Made by a program: the position numbers and the translations under genes. From a virus (lineage: Duplodnaviria; Caudoviricetes), in IMG/VR virus record IMGVR_UViG_3300021197_000270, positions 1 through 55,098 of that record: a stretch of 55,098 nt of DNA; one strand, written 5' to 3'. Shown here one piece after another: positions 42,605-52,588 of this stretch. The notes under the pieces are model-generated. The model searched no databases. It had not been told where the DNA came from and saw nothing but the letters and a program-made list of their open reading frames with translations. Each line of letters starts with the position of its first letter. Position 1 is the first letter of the stretch.

Positions 42605-42671
42605 GTAATTCTCCTGTCGTGGCTAGTGTCAGATCCACATTAGATCTGTCAGGGTATAAACACCATACACG

Positions 42672-42720
42672 AAAAAAAGCGAAGCCGCAATTGGCGGCTC
42701 CGAGTTTAGGGAGGAACTAC
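42672..42720 (-). ncRNA. Candidate anti-SD hairpin plus terminator (CCUCCC loop)
   Basis: Minus strand AGTT-CCTCCCTA-AACT, then GAGCCGC..GCGGCTT hairpin and T7. Confidence 0.45.
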
Positions 42721-42746
42721 ATTAGTAAGGTCTATATAGGCTAACA

Positions 42747-42777
42747 GAAAAAAGGGCGACTGTGAAGCCGCCCTTTC
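42747..42777 (-). terminator. MCP terminator
   Basis: AAAGGGCGGCT-TCAC-AGTCGCCCTTT plus T run. Confidence 0.85.
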
Positions 42778-42797
42778 ATCCTAGCTCTTAACTAGGG

Positions 42798-43709
42798 TTA
42801 TGCGCCTGGTGAACCAAACACGCAACGTGGGTCTGAGAAGCCGAAGCTGTAACGCTCACGAGCCTTGAACCGCATGTTGCCGGTGTCGAAGTCTGCTTCC
42901 ATCTGTGTAGACAGAGGCACACGCTCAAAGTGGAGGAATCCACGAGGAGCATCAGTCATGATGAAGAACGCATCTGAATCCGTCAGGAAGTCGTTGACGG
43001 CATAACCGTCAGGCAACATACCCATCGAACGAATTGCGTTAACATCGTTGTCTGCTGTGCCGACACGAAGATTTGAAACCATCAAACGCTCTGCCACAAA
43101 CTGTAGCTGGCGAGGAACGATGAGCTTCATGCCACGAAGAGCAACCTTCAGACCACGCTCGTCAACAAATCCAGCAATGCTGATCAGAGCATCCTCAAGG
43201 GATGTCTCATTCAGATCAGCGGCAGTGCTAGGCTCGTTATTGAACGTGCTACCGTTGGTCAGCGGGTGTGATGCGTCACAGAGTGCAACACCGTCACCGC
43301 CAGCAAATGCACCAGCCGAAAATGCGTTGTTTAGAACGCTGGCTGCTTTTACCTGCTTTGTGTGAGCCATTGAACGGGCAAGAGCACGAGTGTAGCGCGA
43401 AGACAGACGATCATAGAGATTGTCTTCCACGGCTTCTTCTGTGATCGAAAATGCCAGAGCAATGGTTTCGTGGTTGTACCGAGCGGTAAATGCTTCATTG
43501 GCGTCATCAAAACTGATGGCAGAACCTTCATCCTTAGTAGGAGCGGCTCCAAACCCGGAAAGCATGACCTCTTCCTCAAATGATCTATCTGAGGACTCAG
43601 TGGTGTAGATTTCTGCGTGCTGGTTCTCGTACCTGTCATACTCCATTCCAAATAGAGCATTGAGGCCTGGTTCCAGTTCTTTCGCTAGTTGTGCGCGAGA
43701 AATAGCCAT
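42798..43709 (-). CDS. Major capsid protein
   Basis: 303 aa; MAISRAQLAKELEPGLNALFG...KARERYSFG.SDPR; followed by strong terminator. Confidence 0.9.
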   Translation of the reverse strand: MAISRAQLAKELEPGLNALFGMEYDRYENQHAEIYTTESSDRSFEEEVMLSGFGAAPTKDEGSAISFDDANEAFTARYNHETIALAFSITEEAVEDNLYDRLSSRYTRALARSMAHTKQVKAASVLNNAFSAGAFAGGDGVALCDASHPLTNGSTFNNEPSTAADLNETSLEDALISIAGFVDERGLKVALRGMKLIVPRQLQFVAERLMVSNLRVGTADNDVNAIRSMGMLPDGYAVNDFLTDSDAFFIMTDAPRGFLHFERVPLSTQMEADFDTGNMRFKARERYSFGFSDPRCVFGSPGA

Positions 43710-43721
43710 TGATCAGCCTCC

Positions 43722-44366
43722 TTATACGCCAGTCGTAGAAACAGTGGCCGCTGCAATGGAGCCTGTCGGCGCATTGAAGTGGTTGTTTATACGAACGATT
43801 AACGGGATACCAGCAGCAGTGAAGTCTGCGTTTTCTGGGTCGTCAAGAACGCCCATAATACGCAAAGCTAACGTGTTGGTGGTAGCGATAGTATTCAAAT
43901 CCGCAGTAGCAGAGGAAATACCTGTGGTGGTAGAACCGCTATTACCTGTTGCAAATGCAATGTTTGCGAACACCGCTGCGCGGATTTCTGCTTCGGTGTT
44001 AGCCGCAGAAACTACGTTTGATGTTGCAATCGTAAACAATTGCGAAGGATTGTCATACAAAAAGGCTTTAACGGGGAAATTAGAATCCGCGCCAGAACCA
44101 GGCCAGAAGTTAGAACGAACTACTTCTCCAGTGGTAGAACTGACATATTCACATCCGTTAAACACACCCACGATGGCTACGTTACCGCCAGCGGCAGCTT
44201 GTAGATCATCAATCACACCAGCAGCAAGCGGGATAACCGCCATACCTTGGAAGATTGGGTTTGAGTTATCGGACGCGATTCTATACTCAGTCGTACCAGT
44301 GGAATTAGGTGCTGAACCCAGCATCCCATACGGCCTTAGACCGAAACTTCCATTGGTGTTTGCCAT
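43722..44366 (-). CDS. Minor capsid/decoration protein
   Basis: MAN....FGLRP; GVF.GC.Y; directly upstream of MCP. Confidence 0.7.
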   Translation of the reverse strand: MANTNGSFGLRPYGMLGSAPNSTGTTEYRIASDNSNPIFQGMAVIPLAAGVIDDLQAAAGGNVAIVGVFNGCEYVSSTTGEVVRSNFWPGSGADSNFPVKAFLYDNPSQLFTIATSNVVSAANTEAEIRAAVFANIAFATGNSGSTTTGISSATADLNTIATTNTLALRIMGVLDDPENADFTAAGIPLIVRINNHFNAPTGSIAAATVSTTGV

Positions 44367-44394
44367 GAGAATAACTCCTTATCTCATACTATGG

Positions 44395-44856
44395 TTACTT
44401 GGAACCGCCTTTGCGGCCTCCAAAACTTACACGACTTTGCCTCTCATTAGTGATTGGCATTGAAGGATGTTGTTCCTTCATTAAGTCCTGGTCCACAGCA
44501 GTCATTTGTTCGCGTGTCCGATCACGGTAATATTCGGTTCTTTCCTGCGCTGTTTCTTCAGGGATCCTTGCTAACATCAATCCACCGTTTCCAATAACAC
44601 CTGCATGATCCCCGTCTTGGATGACGGCGAAATCAGATCCGGAATACTCATCGGCTCTGACAGGTTCCCATCCTTCGCGAAGTTTCGCATGGACGTTCAT
44701 CTTGTCATCTTCACCTCTGAGAGCCGTTCTGATCCAACGATGTCTGTATCCATCGGGTGCATCAGGCGATTCTAGACGGTTGGGCGGTGCCCAAGGCTTT
44801 CTGCGCGTTGCTTTTTCGCGGGTCTGCGTTGACCGTGGTTGTCTGTCATCACTCAT
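44395..44856 (-). CDS. Conserved head-module protein
   Basis: W.PP..L..P..P.G..HRWIR...LREGWE.V...GGL.LARIP.E. Confidence 0.8.
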   Translation of the reverse strand: MSDDRQPRSTQTREKATRRKPWAPPNRLESPDAPDGYRHRWIRTALRGEDDKMNVHAKLREGWEPVRADEYSGSDFAVIQDGDHAGVIGNGGLMLARIPEETAQERTEYYRDRTREQMTAVDQDLMKEQHPSMPITNERQSRVSFGGRKGGSK

Positions 44857-44859
44857 TGC

Positions 44860-45747
44860 TTAGTCCTTCACATACTTAGCGTATTCTTCAAGAGGAACAC
44901 CAAGTTTTTTAGCCATAGCCACTTGTGATGGTGACAACTTGACAGTCCTGCGCCCCTGCTTGTTGCTGCGGGATGCGGAAGTAGAAGCCGAGGCGACCCT
45001 TGTACTTCCCCCGTTTTGTTTCGCCCCTAGTTCGTTTGGAAAACGATCTTTGAGACGACTGTTCAATTGATCATAGTATTCATCTTCGGTTCCGTCAAAC
45101 CCTTCCGCAGTAAGATTGTTGTGAATAACAATCGCAGCCTGCGTCATAATCTCATCTTCGCCAAACCATTCGTTCCGTTCAGCCCACTTTTCAGCCTTGG
45201 GATCTGGTTTAGCTGCCGGAGCCGGAGCCTGTTGTTGAATCTCTGTGGCGTTAGCCGCCGGAGCCTGTTGCTCCTGACGTTGTTTAGCTAAACGAAAACG
45301 CTCTTGTTCTATGGAAATCTTTGACAGTGCCTGTTGCGCGTCAAACATGGCGTCAACGTCACCTCGATCATGCGCGTCTTTGTACGCACGTTTTGCGGTG
45401 TCCAGTTGTGAGTCAATACGACTGCCATATTCACTAAGATAACCCTGATCAAGATTGCTCAACTTGTTTTTAAGTTGTTCATTCTCGTTCTTCAGCGTTT
45501 CTGCAAGCCGAGCCGCTTCTTCCTTGTCACGCTCGGCGTAACGATACTTCTCGGTTAGCTTCTTAATCCGTTTCTGTACGCCCTTGCTATAATTGTCTAG
45601 CTCATCAGGTTCTTCCACAGAGACTTCCGGCTGATCGGAATCAGATAAGTCTAAGGACTCCTGAACTGGAGCACCTTTCTGATCGTCACCAACAGTAACT
45701 TCTACTTCTTCCTCAACAACCTGTGCTTCAGCTTCTGCCATCATCAT
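44860..45747 (-). CDS. Putative scaffolding protein
   Basis: Acidic N-terminus, coiled coil, C-terminal L..SQVA.AKKLGVPLEEYAK. Confidence 0.7.
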   Translation of the reverse strand: MMMAEAEAQVVEEEVEVTVGDDQKGAPVQESLDLSDSDQPEVSVEEPDELDNYSKGVQKRIKKLTEKYRYAERDKEEAARLAETLKNENEQLKNKLSNLDQGYLSEYGSRIDSQLDTAKRAYKDAHDRGDVDAMFDAQQALSKISIEQERFRLAKQRQEQQAPAANATEIQQQAPAPAAKPDPKAEKWAERNEWFGEDEIMTQAAIVIHNNLTAEGFDGTEDEYYDQLNSRLKDRFPNELGAKQNGGSTRVASASTSASRSNKQGRRTVKLSPSQVAMAKKLGVPLEEYAKYVKD

Positions 45748-45751
45748 CTCC

Positions 45752-46219
45752 CTAAACCTGTTTCACATCATCAGGCTCAAGGATAGTGGCGATCACTTCG
45801 TCATCGTTAATGATGCGAACCTCGCCGCCGTCAATCTTGAACCTAGAACCGGCATACCGACCGATGCAAACCCATTGTCCTTCTTCACACCAAGGCTCTG
45901 GGTTGTCGCCAAACTTGTTGGGATCCTGATACGCCAACGGGCCTAGCTTGAGAACATAAGCCACCACCGTAGCCAGTGCTTCACGCTCACGCGCCTCGTT
46001 AGGAATGATGATTCCGCCGTCTGTCTTCAGCTTGCCTTGATATGGCATAACCAAAAGCCGCCAACCAGTAGGTTGCGGCAGGCGTTCTTTTAAAGATTTG
46101 TCTATAAGGTTGGGGTCTAGAACTCGTGCCTCGGCCTCTACATACGCAGACTCTGCTGAAACTGGCTCTTTTACCTTTGATTTTGCGATATGATCAGGAA
46201 CGTATAATGTCTTCGCCAT
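45752..46219 (-). CDS. groES: Co-chaperonin GroES-like protein
   Basis: P.GWRLLV, T.GGIIIP, V...G, RYAG, IINDDEVIA. Confidence 0.85.
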   Translation of the reverse strand: MAKTLYVPDHIAKSKVKEPVSAESAYVEAEARVLDPNLIDKSLKERLPQPTGWRLLVMPYQGKLKTDGGIIIPNEAREREALATVVAYVLKLGPLAYQDPNKFGDNPEPWCEEGQWVCIGRYAGSRFKIDGGEVRIINDDEVIATILEPDDVKQV

Positions 46220-46406
46220 CGTCTAAATTTCTCTCCAGCAGGGTTTTGATCTCTTCCTTGGCGTAGACAAGTCCCTGTACTTCTCCCACCAACCGCTGGT
46301 ATTGCTCAAAGTTCTGAACACCACCAGATGTTAACATGTCAGCGATTTGCTCCTCTCGCTGACTCAACAAGCTATAAACATATTTTGCGAAGTCTGCAAC
46401 ATCCAT
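46194..46406 (-). CDS. Conserved hypothetical protein
   Basis: G....EQY..LVG...GL motif upstream of GroES. Confidence 0.75.
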   Translation of the reverse strand: MDVADFAKYVYSLLSQREEQIADMLTSGGVQNFEQYQRLVGEVQGLVYAKEEIKTLLERNLDDGEDIIRS

Positions 46407-46413
46407 CGTACAA

Positions 46414-46743
46414 TTAAAATGTGCCGCTAAACTTTTTGCCACGAACTACGGCGCCGCATCCACGAGCCATACCAGAGGCATCTACACTCATTCCTTTGCG
46501 GAATGTCTTTACGTCCTCTTTGAAACGGTCAGATTCTGCAATCTCTCGCACATCGTCATCGCCAAACTCAATAAGTTCGTCAAGTTCGATAATCCTTGGC
46601 TCTTTACCTTTAACTTCGCCGCCTGTCGAGAAGCTAACAATGCCACCAGATGCTTTACGCAGTTCTTTGAAATCTTCGCCGGTAATCTTGTCACGAGGCT
46701 CTGCTACACGAGCTATCTTCATCTGTTTATCTGTTAGTGGCAT
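46414..46743 (-). CDS. Hypothetical virion-associated protein (ARGCGA..RG.KF.G.F)
   Basis: AGGAG RBS; motif. Confidence 0.7.
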   Translation of the reverse strand: MPLTDKQMKIARVAEPRDKITGEDFKELRKASGGIVSFSTGGEVKGKEPRIIELDELIEFGDDDVREIAESDRFKEDVKTFRKGMSVDASGMARGCGAVVRGKKFSGTF

Positions 46744-46752
46744 AATGTTCTC

Positions 46753-47139
46753 CTACTTCTTTCCAAAAAACTTCGTGGCGGATCTGACGCCAAAGCTGGC
46801 GGCAACGATAACTCCGAGTGTATATTGATACCAGTCCGGCATCACTTGTAATGCAGCAAAGCCCTCGGCAACGATTGTTCTGCCCCACTCCCCAGCAAAA
46901 GCTAGGATCAATGGAATCGAGAACAAAATTGTTAGCCACTCATCCTTCCAGGACGATTGGCTACCCTTCGCCATCAACTTTTCCCAGTCAGCCGTTGACG
47001 TAGCGGCGGACACCATGACCTTGGCTTCGGCTTCCGCCTTGGCTTTGGCAACAGCCGATTTACCGCGCTGCTCTTCGGTTTTTGAGTCCATCCATGACCC
47101 AACTAAGCCGGAAATAGGTCCAATCAAAGCCTGTAACAT
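46753..47139 (-). CDS. Holin (3TM/GTA-holin-like)
   Basis: SWKDEW, TM segments, P.WY, ASFG.R, basic C-terminus. Confidence 0.75.
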   Translation of the reverse strand: MLQALIGPISGLVGSWMDSKTEEQRGKSAVAKAKAEAEAKVMVSAATSTADWEKLMAKGSQSSWKDEWLTILFSIPLILAFAGEWGRTIVAEGFAALQVMPDWYQYTLGVIVAASFGVRSATKFFGKK

Positions 47140-47366
47140 CAGTACACTTTCACTTGTTCTGCATCCACTTGTCTGGGTACGCAGTATGCCGTTACTCTGT
47201 CCTTCGCGTCAAGGTATTGAGAATACTGGTAGTTGCCGTACCTTTTTGACACCTGTGAGGCAAAGTAGTTACATTCTGTAACAGAGTAGAAATACATGTT
47301 GCCGGACTCTAGCTTGCGAAAGTCTCCTGTGCCCAAGTATACCAGCAACAAGAAGGCATCTATCAT
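47139..47366 (-). CDS. Hypothetical protein (F.S...C..FA...YC.P)
   Basis: Coupled overlaps. Confidence 0.7.
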   Translation of the reverse strand: MIDAFLLLVYLGTGDFRKLESGNMYFYSVTECNYFASQVSKRYGNYQYSQYLDAKDRVTAYCVPRQVDAEQVKVY

Positions 47367-47680
47367 TTACGGCTCATCCACGCTGTGGTGCCCATATACG
47401 CGCCAACGATACCGGCGCCACTAATATAAAACAGATTGCTTATTTCACTAAGTGCCTCAATACGCTCAACAGATACCCACGGCGTAAACATCGCTATTGT
47501 GAAAACACCCATACCTATCAAAGTGTATCGCGCCATCCGCAGTTGAGCCAAACTCTTACGCAGATCACGTTCTGTTTCTCGTATTTCCTTGGCGTGTTCC
47601 AGTTCCTCGTCAGTTATCTCCCCATCCCCGTCAAGGTCATACTTGGCGTACTCAGTGTCATCTTGAAACTTCTTGCTCAT
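47363..47680 (-). CDS. EF-hand-like membrane protein
   Basis: DLDGDGEITDEE loop plus two TM segments. Confidence 0.7.
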   Translation of the reverse strand: MSKKFQDDTEYAKYDLDGDGEITDEELEHAKEIRETERDLRKSLAQLRMARYTLIGMGVFTIAMFTPWVSVERIEALSEISNLFYISGAGIVGAYMGTTAWMSRK

Positions 47681-48372
47681 TTCTGACTCTCTCGCACGGC
47701 TTTGAGCGTCTCCTGAACAGTCATCTCTTTCTTGGCGTTAGGATCGTATTTGCATTGATACTCCGATGGAATAAACTCCATGTACTCAAAGATTTGAGAT
47801 TCAATCGTATTGTTCTGACCTCGAAAAATACAAACAACTTGTTTGTTTTGCAGTTTTTCGCACTTTACCTTGCGACAGGTCGTCATTTGATCAGCCGCAC
47901 TTGCTGCCTTACCCTGTAAAAACATCACAAAGAATGTAAGAGCCGCTGCACCGAAGCCGATCATCACAATCCAAGCTACTATCTCAACAAACTTCTGACG
48001 CCGTTCGCGTTGTTTGTATAATGTTTCTTGTCTGCGTTTCCGGATCTGGCCCTCCATACGGACCAACTCTTCCCATTTTGACCTACCCATAGTCAGGCCA
48101 ATCCACTGCTGAAGCTCGTATCTCTGCTGTTGAGCCTTTTGCTTGTTGGCAAAAGTCATTATGGCCTCTTGCTCAACGCTTTGACCACCAAACAACTTTT
48201 TAAATATTGGGGGATTCTTGGCCTCTTTCTCCATCTGATCCAGATCAGAAAGCGCACCCATCCAACGCGAAAGATCGGTAGCCATCGACTCGATGTCCCG
48301 TCCTATCGCAAATCCTTTTTTCAATGCTCCGAACGCCGCCGAAGCAGTAGCCATTGCTGTTACTGGATCCAA
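47677..48372 (-). CDS. Membrane-anchored protein with Cys-rich C-terminal domain
   Basis: MDPVT start, coiled coil, one TM segment. Confidence 0.7.
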   Translation of the reverse strand: MDPVTAMATASAAFGALKKGFAIGRDIESMATDLSRWMGALSDLDQMEKEAKNPPIFKKLFGGQSVEQEAIMTFANKQKAQQQRYELQQWIGLTMGRSKWEELVRMEGQIRKRRQETLYKQRERRQKFVEIVAWIVMIGFGAAALTFFVMFLQGKAASAADQMTTCRKVKCEKLQNKQVVCIFRGQNNTIESQIFEYMEFIPSEYQCKYDPNAKKEMTVQETLKAVRESQK

Positions 48373-50847
48373 TTACCTATTACGCATCGCCAACTCACGC
48401 TGGGTCTGGATGCGTTCCCTATTCACATCTGCCCTGTCTTCTGCGATCTCCTCTTGGAGTTCGATTCGCGCTGCGTCAGTTGTAGCTCGCTGTTGGAGCT
48501 TCTGGCGTTCAAGTGCAAGTTCAGCCGCGTCCTGTTGTGCTCTACGTTCGGACTCGGATGCCTTGATAGCAAGTTCCTGCTGCCGGATTGCTACAAGAGG
48601 ATCTTGTTGCCCGTCCGGCGGTGCAAGCATTTGAATGACCTCTTGAGTAAATTGTGACTCTAGTTTTGCAACCTCGGCCTCAACTACCTCTTCGGTTATT
48701 CCAGATGCTGCTTGCATTTGTTGTTGCGCCATCATTGGATCTACGGCTCCCATCTGAGCCGCCATTGCCATTTGTTGCGCCTGCGCCTGCTGTTGTTGGA
48801 CTTGTGCCATTACAGTCAGGCGTGCCTTCATGGATATGTGGTCCTGAAGATGCCCCATAAATATAGCATAAATGTTGGGTGATGTCGAAACCAAAGGCAG
48901 TTTCATAAACGTCACATGCGTCATGATATGTGCATCATGGTCTTGCTGTTGGAACGCCGTCAGCAGTTCGCCCTGCATCCCCTTTGCATTCTCAATGCTA
49001 GGACTTGTAGGCTGTGGCTCTTTTTTGGCCGGCAGAATCTCATCAATGTTCTGGACCTCAAGAGCCTGATACATACGCTTGTATGCCTCATGCAGATTGT
49101 GAATACCGGGGTTGGATTGCGCCAACTGAAGCTGTGTTTGCGCCAACGTCACCCGTTGTGCCATCGAAAAGATGTTCGGATCCGATACTGGAAGTACATC
49201 CACGCGGCCATCAAAGTCTTGTGCTTTGATTTCGGAAGGTGCTCCGGCTACCTCATACGGATAATTTGGAGGGAGATTTTCCGCAAAGATTCTGGCGAGG
49301 AGCCGGAACTCTGTTTTCTGTGCATAGTGCAAGCGTTTGTGAATGGCCGACATGACCTTCATACCGCGCTCAAGCAGTGCCACAGTTGTGCCTACAGGCA
49401 TATCTCCGCTTTGGCTTTCACCAATCTGCTGATCGGCAATTGACACAAACCGGCGCCCACCTTCAATCAATGACGCCAGTAGCTGCGCCAACGTACCAGA
49501 CGGTTCTTTGAACGGAAGCGGAATAATGGAGTTACGAATGTCACCACCAGGCGCATCAATGTCCCTGAACTCACCGGGCGAGAGCGGCTCGTCATCGTTA
49601 CGGATCCGAATGCCGCGCGCCTTGAAGCCAGACGGCAAGTTCGCCAGCGTGCCGGCATCAATCAACTGACGCAAAATGCTGGTGGTCGCACGACCCAAGC
49701 CACCAATCATGTGTATCAGGCCGAAGCCATAGAAACCCAGACCTGGTAAAAACTTGTAATGCACGAAGTATTGCCGCTTACGCTTCAGAGAATCTTCCTG
49801 ATCGTAGTTGCGGGTAATAGACAGAATCTCCCCAGATCCATGATCAAGCGTTACGATATACGGCAGCTTGATTCCCGTTGGCTCTCCTAACGGACTCATG
49901 TCTTCAAAGCCTTCTAAGTCCATTTCAACGTGCATCTCCAATATGGTATGCACATCGTCTGTATATCCTTTGCTGACACCCTCTAACTCGTCCACCTTGT
50001 CATGAACGGAATTGTCACCCTCGTCACTCGTGGACACCTCTACATCACGGTAGATGCCTGCAACTTGCATCTTACGGACTTGATTCTCGTCCATACGCAA
50101 TACATGCGTTACACGCGGTGCTGTGTTCAGATCGGTAGCCGAATATGGCACGACCAGATCCTCTGACGGTACAAACGCAGATACCGCACGATTTCTGGTA
50201 GGATCGAAGTATACTTTCTTGAACGTAGAACCAGAGAGCGGCAGATAGAACAGCATCTGATCCGTATCAGGATCAAACTCCTCCATGATCTCAGTAACCT
50301 GATAGTTCATGAAGTTCTTGACGCGGCTGGCTTGTGCCTCTTTTTCCATAGTCTTGGAACCCAAGACTTGCGTCTTGACCGGACCACCGGCTGGCAGAAG
50401 TTCTTTGTATGCCTGTGCTTGGAACTGGGTTACGGACTCGGCAATCAGCGGATGTGTTACGCCGGACGCGCCATCAAACGGCTGCGTGCGCTCCTGATAC
50501 TTGATACCAAGAAGATCCAGACCCTTGGTGTAGGCTTCCTGCCACTCTTCGCGTGACTCCATGTCTTCTTCATACAGACCGCGCAAATCGCTGGATATCT
50601 CACCCAGATCACCATCATCCATGATTTCTGCAAGATTGGCGTTGTGATCATACTGTTGAGCCTCAACCTCCATGCCCTCTTGAGCACCGCCCATAAGAGC
50701 CTGAACAATTGCGCCGCCATCTACATCTTGTAGAATCTCTGCGCCACCAGCAAAATCTTCTATCTGTGGGATATCCACCTCGACACCCTGCGGTGGTTCA
50801 ATGCCAGAGTCTGTCAAACTGCCCATGGGTTGTGGAGGTAATGCCAT
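48373..50847 (-). CDS. Portal protein
   Basis: 824 aa after terminase; HP...E....FQAQA..EL.P..GPV; G..FKKVY; GFYG.GL. Confidence 0.88.
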   Translation of the reverse strand: MALPPQPMGSLTDSGIEPPQGVEVDIPQIEDFAGGAEILQDVDGGAIVQALMGGAQEGMEVEAQQYDHNANLAEIMDDGDLGEISSDLRGLYEEDMESREEWQEAYTKGLDLLGIKYQERTQPFDGASGVTHPLIAESVTQFQAQAYKELLPAGGPVKTQVLGSKTMEKEAQASRVKNFMNYQVTEIMEEFDPDTDQMLFYLPLSGSTFKKVYFDPTRNRAVSAFVPSEDLVVPYSATDLNTAPRVTHVLRMDENQVRKMQVAGIYRDVEVSTSDEGDNSVHDKVDELEGVSKGYTDDVHTILEMHVEMDLEGFEDMSPLGEPTGIKLPYIVTLDHGSGEILSITRNYDQEDSLKRKRQYFVHYKFLPGLGFYGFGLIHMIGGLGRATTSILRQLIDAGTLANLPSGFKARGIRIRNDDEPLSPGEFRDIDAPGGDIRNSIIPLPFKEPSGTLAQLLASLIEGGRRFVSIADQQIGESQSGDMPVGTTVALLERGMKVMSAIHKRLHYAQKTEFRLLARIFAENLPPNYPYEVAGAPSEIKAQDFDGRVDVLPVSDPNIFSMAQRVTLAQTQLQLAQSNPGIHNLHEAYKRMYQALEVQNIDEILPAKKEPQPTSPSIENAKGMQGELLTAFQQQDHDAHIMTHVTFMKLPLVSTSPNIYAIFMGHLQDHISMKARLTVMAQVQQQQAQAQQMAMAAQMGAVDPMMAQQQMQAASGITEEVVEAEVAKLESQFTQEVIQMLAPPDGQQDPLVAIRQQELAIKASESERRAQQDAAELALERQKLQQRATTDAARIELQEEIAEDRADVNRERIQTQRELAMRNR

Positions 50848-51128
50848 TAAAAGGTTCCTTTGAAATTACTTACAGAAACTCTGCCGCCGTTGCGGAAGCC
50901 TTGCTCCTTCTTTACGCGCTCAATGGCCGCGTTTAACGATTCAGATCCTTTGACCGAACCACCTTTCTTATAACTCTTACCCGGTAAAGGAGTCTTCGGA
51001 TAGAAGCCAAGTTCCAACTCAAACTCAAAGTCTAGAATGTCAGCGACCCTATCAGCATCATAACCAAGCCGCTCTAACTGACGTTTGCGATTAGAGCGTG
51101 CCTTGGGAGTGTTAAACTTGCTGGACAT
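50847..51128 (-). CDS. Small protein with YKKGGSV/FRNGGRV motifs
   Basis: TAATG coupling on both sides. Confidence 0.65.
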   Translation of the reverse strand: MSSKFNTPKARSNRKRQLERLGYDADRVADILDFEFELELGFYPKTPLPGKSYKKGGSVKGSESLNAAIERVKKEQGFRNGGRVSVSNFKGTF

Positions 51129-52588
51129 TAGTAATACTCCCGTTTCCTTGGATACCAATCTGAACCATCGCTCTCGCCCTCGAGTTCGATGAAGCCACCC
51201 TGCCGGAAACGTATCAAAGCCATCGTCATGCTATCGACAAAGTCATCATGCTCCCCATGCGGAAAAGCAAGACACTCCTCAATAACCTCTTCCGAAAACT
51301 TCTGTTCCGGTGCCCACACCATCCCCGCCTCAAACAGCGGTGCTACCGTATGCATACGAGTGATCTTATCACGACCTTTGCTTGGTGTATAGTTCATGAC
51401 CGGAATGCCGGCTGCACGAAGCTCGTCCGTCAATGGTTGCCCTGACGCTTTCGCCTCAATAATAACCATGTCAGGTTCCCAATATTCGTGCTCCTCTGCC
51501 GCCACGGCCTTGAGTTCGGGGAAATTCCAACGACCACGGCGAGCATCCATAAGTATGACATTATCGGCGCCAGTGTCTTCATTCGTGAATACCCCCCATG
51601 TCGTAATAGCCGAGTAGTCGGCAGTCTCTTTCTTGCTGAACGCCGTGTCATACGACTGAATGATGTAGTTTACCTTCGGGATGTCCTCCTTTTCCCACAT
51701 CTGCCACCATTCCTTCTTGACGATGGCGCCTTCTTCGGCAGTCGGGTTCTGCTGCCACTGCGCGTTCCACTTTGCCACAGGCAGTGATGCCTTGACCTTG
51801 ATCAGATCGTCCTTGCCCCAGAACTCCGGCCACAAAGGTTTGTCGGACGGCAGTATGGCAGGGAACTCTACAACCTCCCACTCGTCCGCCAGCGTATCCG
51901 AGCCTTGCATCTTGATAACCTGACCCGTCAGATCCTTCATCCCCCACCGCGTCATGACGATGATGATTGAACCACCCGGTTGCAAACGCTGACGAGGTCC
52001 AGACGTATACCACTCAAATGCGTTGTCAAACGCCGTACTGGACAGTGCGTCCTGCTCCGAGTGTGGATCGTCAATGATCAACAAATCCGCACCGCGACCC
52101 GTCATTGCCGCGCCCACGCCTGCCGCAAAGTATTCGCCGCCTGCCGATGTCCCCCAACGGCCAGCCGCCTTATCGTCCGCCTTCAATCCCGTGTCAGGAA
52201 AAATGGTGTGATAATCAGGCGTGTCAATCAAATCACGAACCTTACGACCAAACCTGACCGCAAGTTCCGTGTTATGCGTTGCCTGAATAATCTTTAGCTT
52301 CGGATTGCGGCCCAAGAACCAAGCAGGCATCAGATATGACGCAAACTCGGACTTAGAATGACGCGGCGGCATGTTGACAATGAGACGCTTTAACTCGCCC
52401 CTTGCTACACGCTCGAGCTTCTCCGCAATCACGCGGTGGTGTTTACCCTCAATAAACCCATCATACACATGGTGAACAAAGGGCATGAACTGATCACGCG
52501 CTTTTTCACGGATCTGGAGCCTTACCTGCTGGTTCTGAAGGGCATAGATTTCCTTGAGGGCTTCCTCTGGAATCGTTTCTAGATTCAT
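51128..52588 (-). CDS. terL: Terminase large subunit
   Basis: MPPRHSKS, IIDDP, MTRW, DTAF...ADYSA, IEAKASG, HDD.VDS. Confidence 0.95.
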   Translation of the reverse strand: MNLETIPEEALKEIYALQNQQVRLQIREKARDQFMPFVHHVYDGFIEGKHHRVIAEKLERVARGELKRLIVNMPPRHSKSEFASYLMPAWFLGRNPKLKIIQATHNTELAVRFGRKVRDLIDTPDYHTIFPDTGLKADDKAAGRWGTSAGGEYFAAGVGAAMTGRGADLLIIDDPHSEQDALSSTAFDNAFEWYTSGPRQRLQPGGSIIIVMTRWGMKDLTGQVIKMQGSDTLADEWEVVEFPAILPSDKPLWPEFWGKDDLIKVKASLPVAKWNAQWQQNPTAEEGAIVKKEWWQMWEKEDIPKVNYIIQSYDTAFSKKETADYSAITTWGVFTNEDTGADNVILMDARRGRWNFPELKAVAAEEHEYWEPDMVIIEAKASGQPLTDELRAAGIPVMNYTPSKGRDKITRMHTVAPLFEAGMVWAPEQKFSEEVIEECLAFPHGEHDDFVDSMTMALIRFRQGGFIELEGESDGSDWYPRKREYY

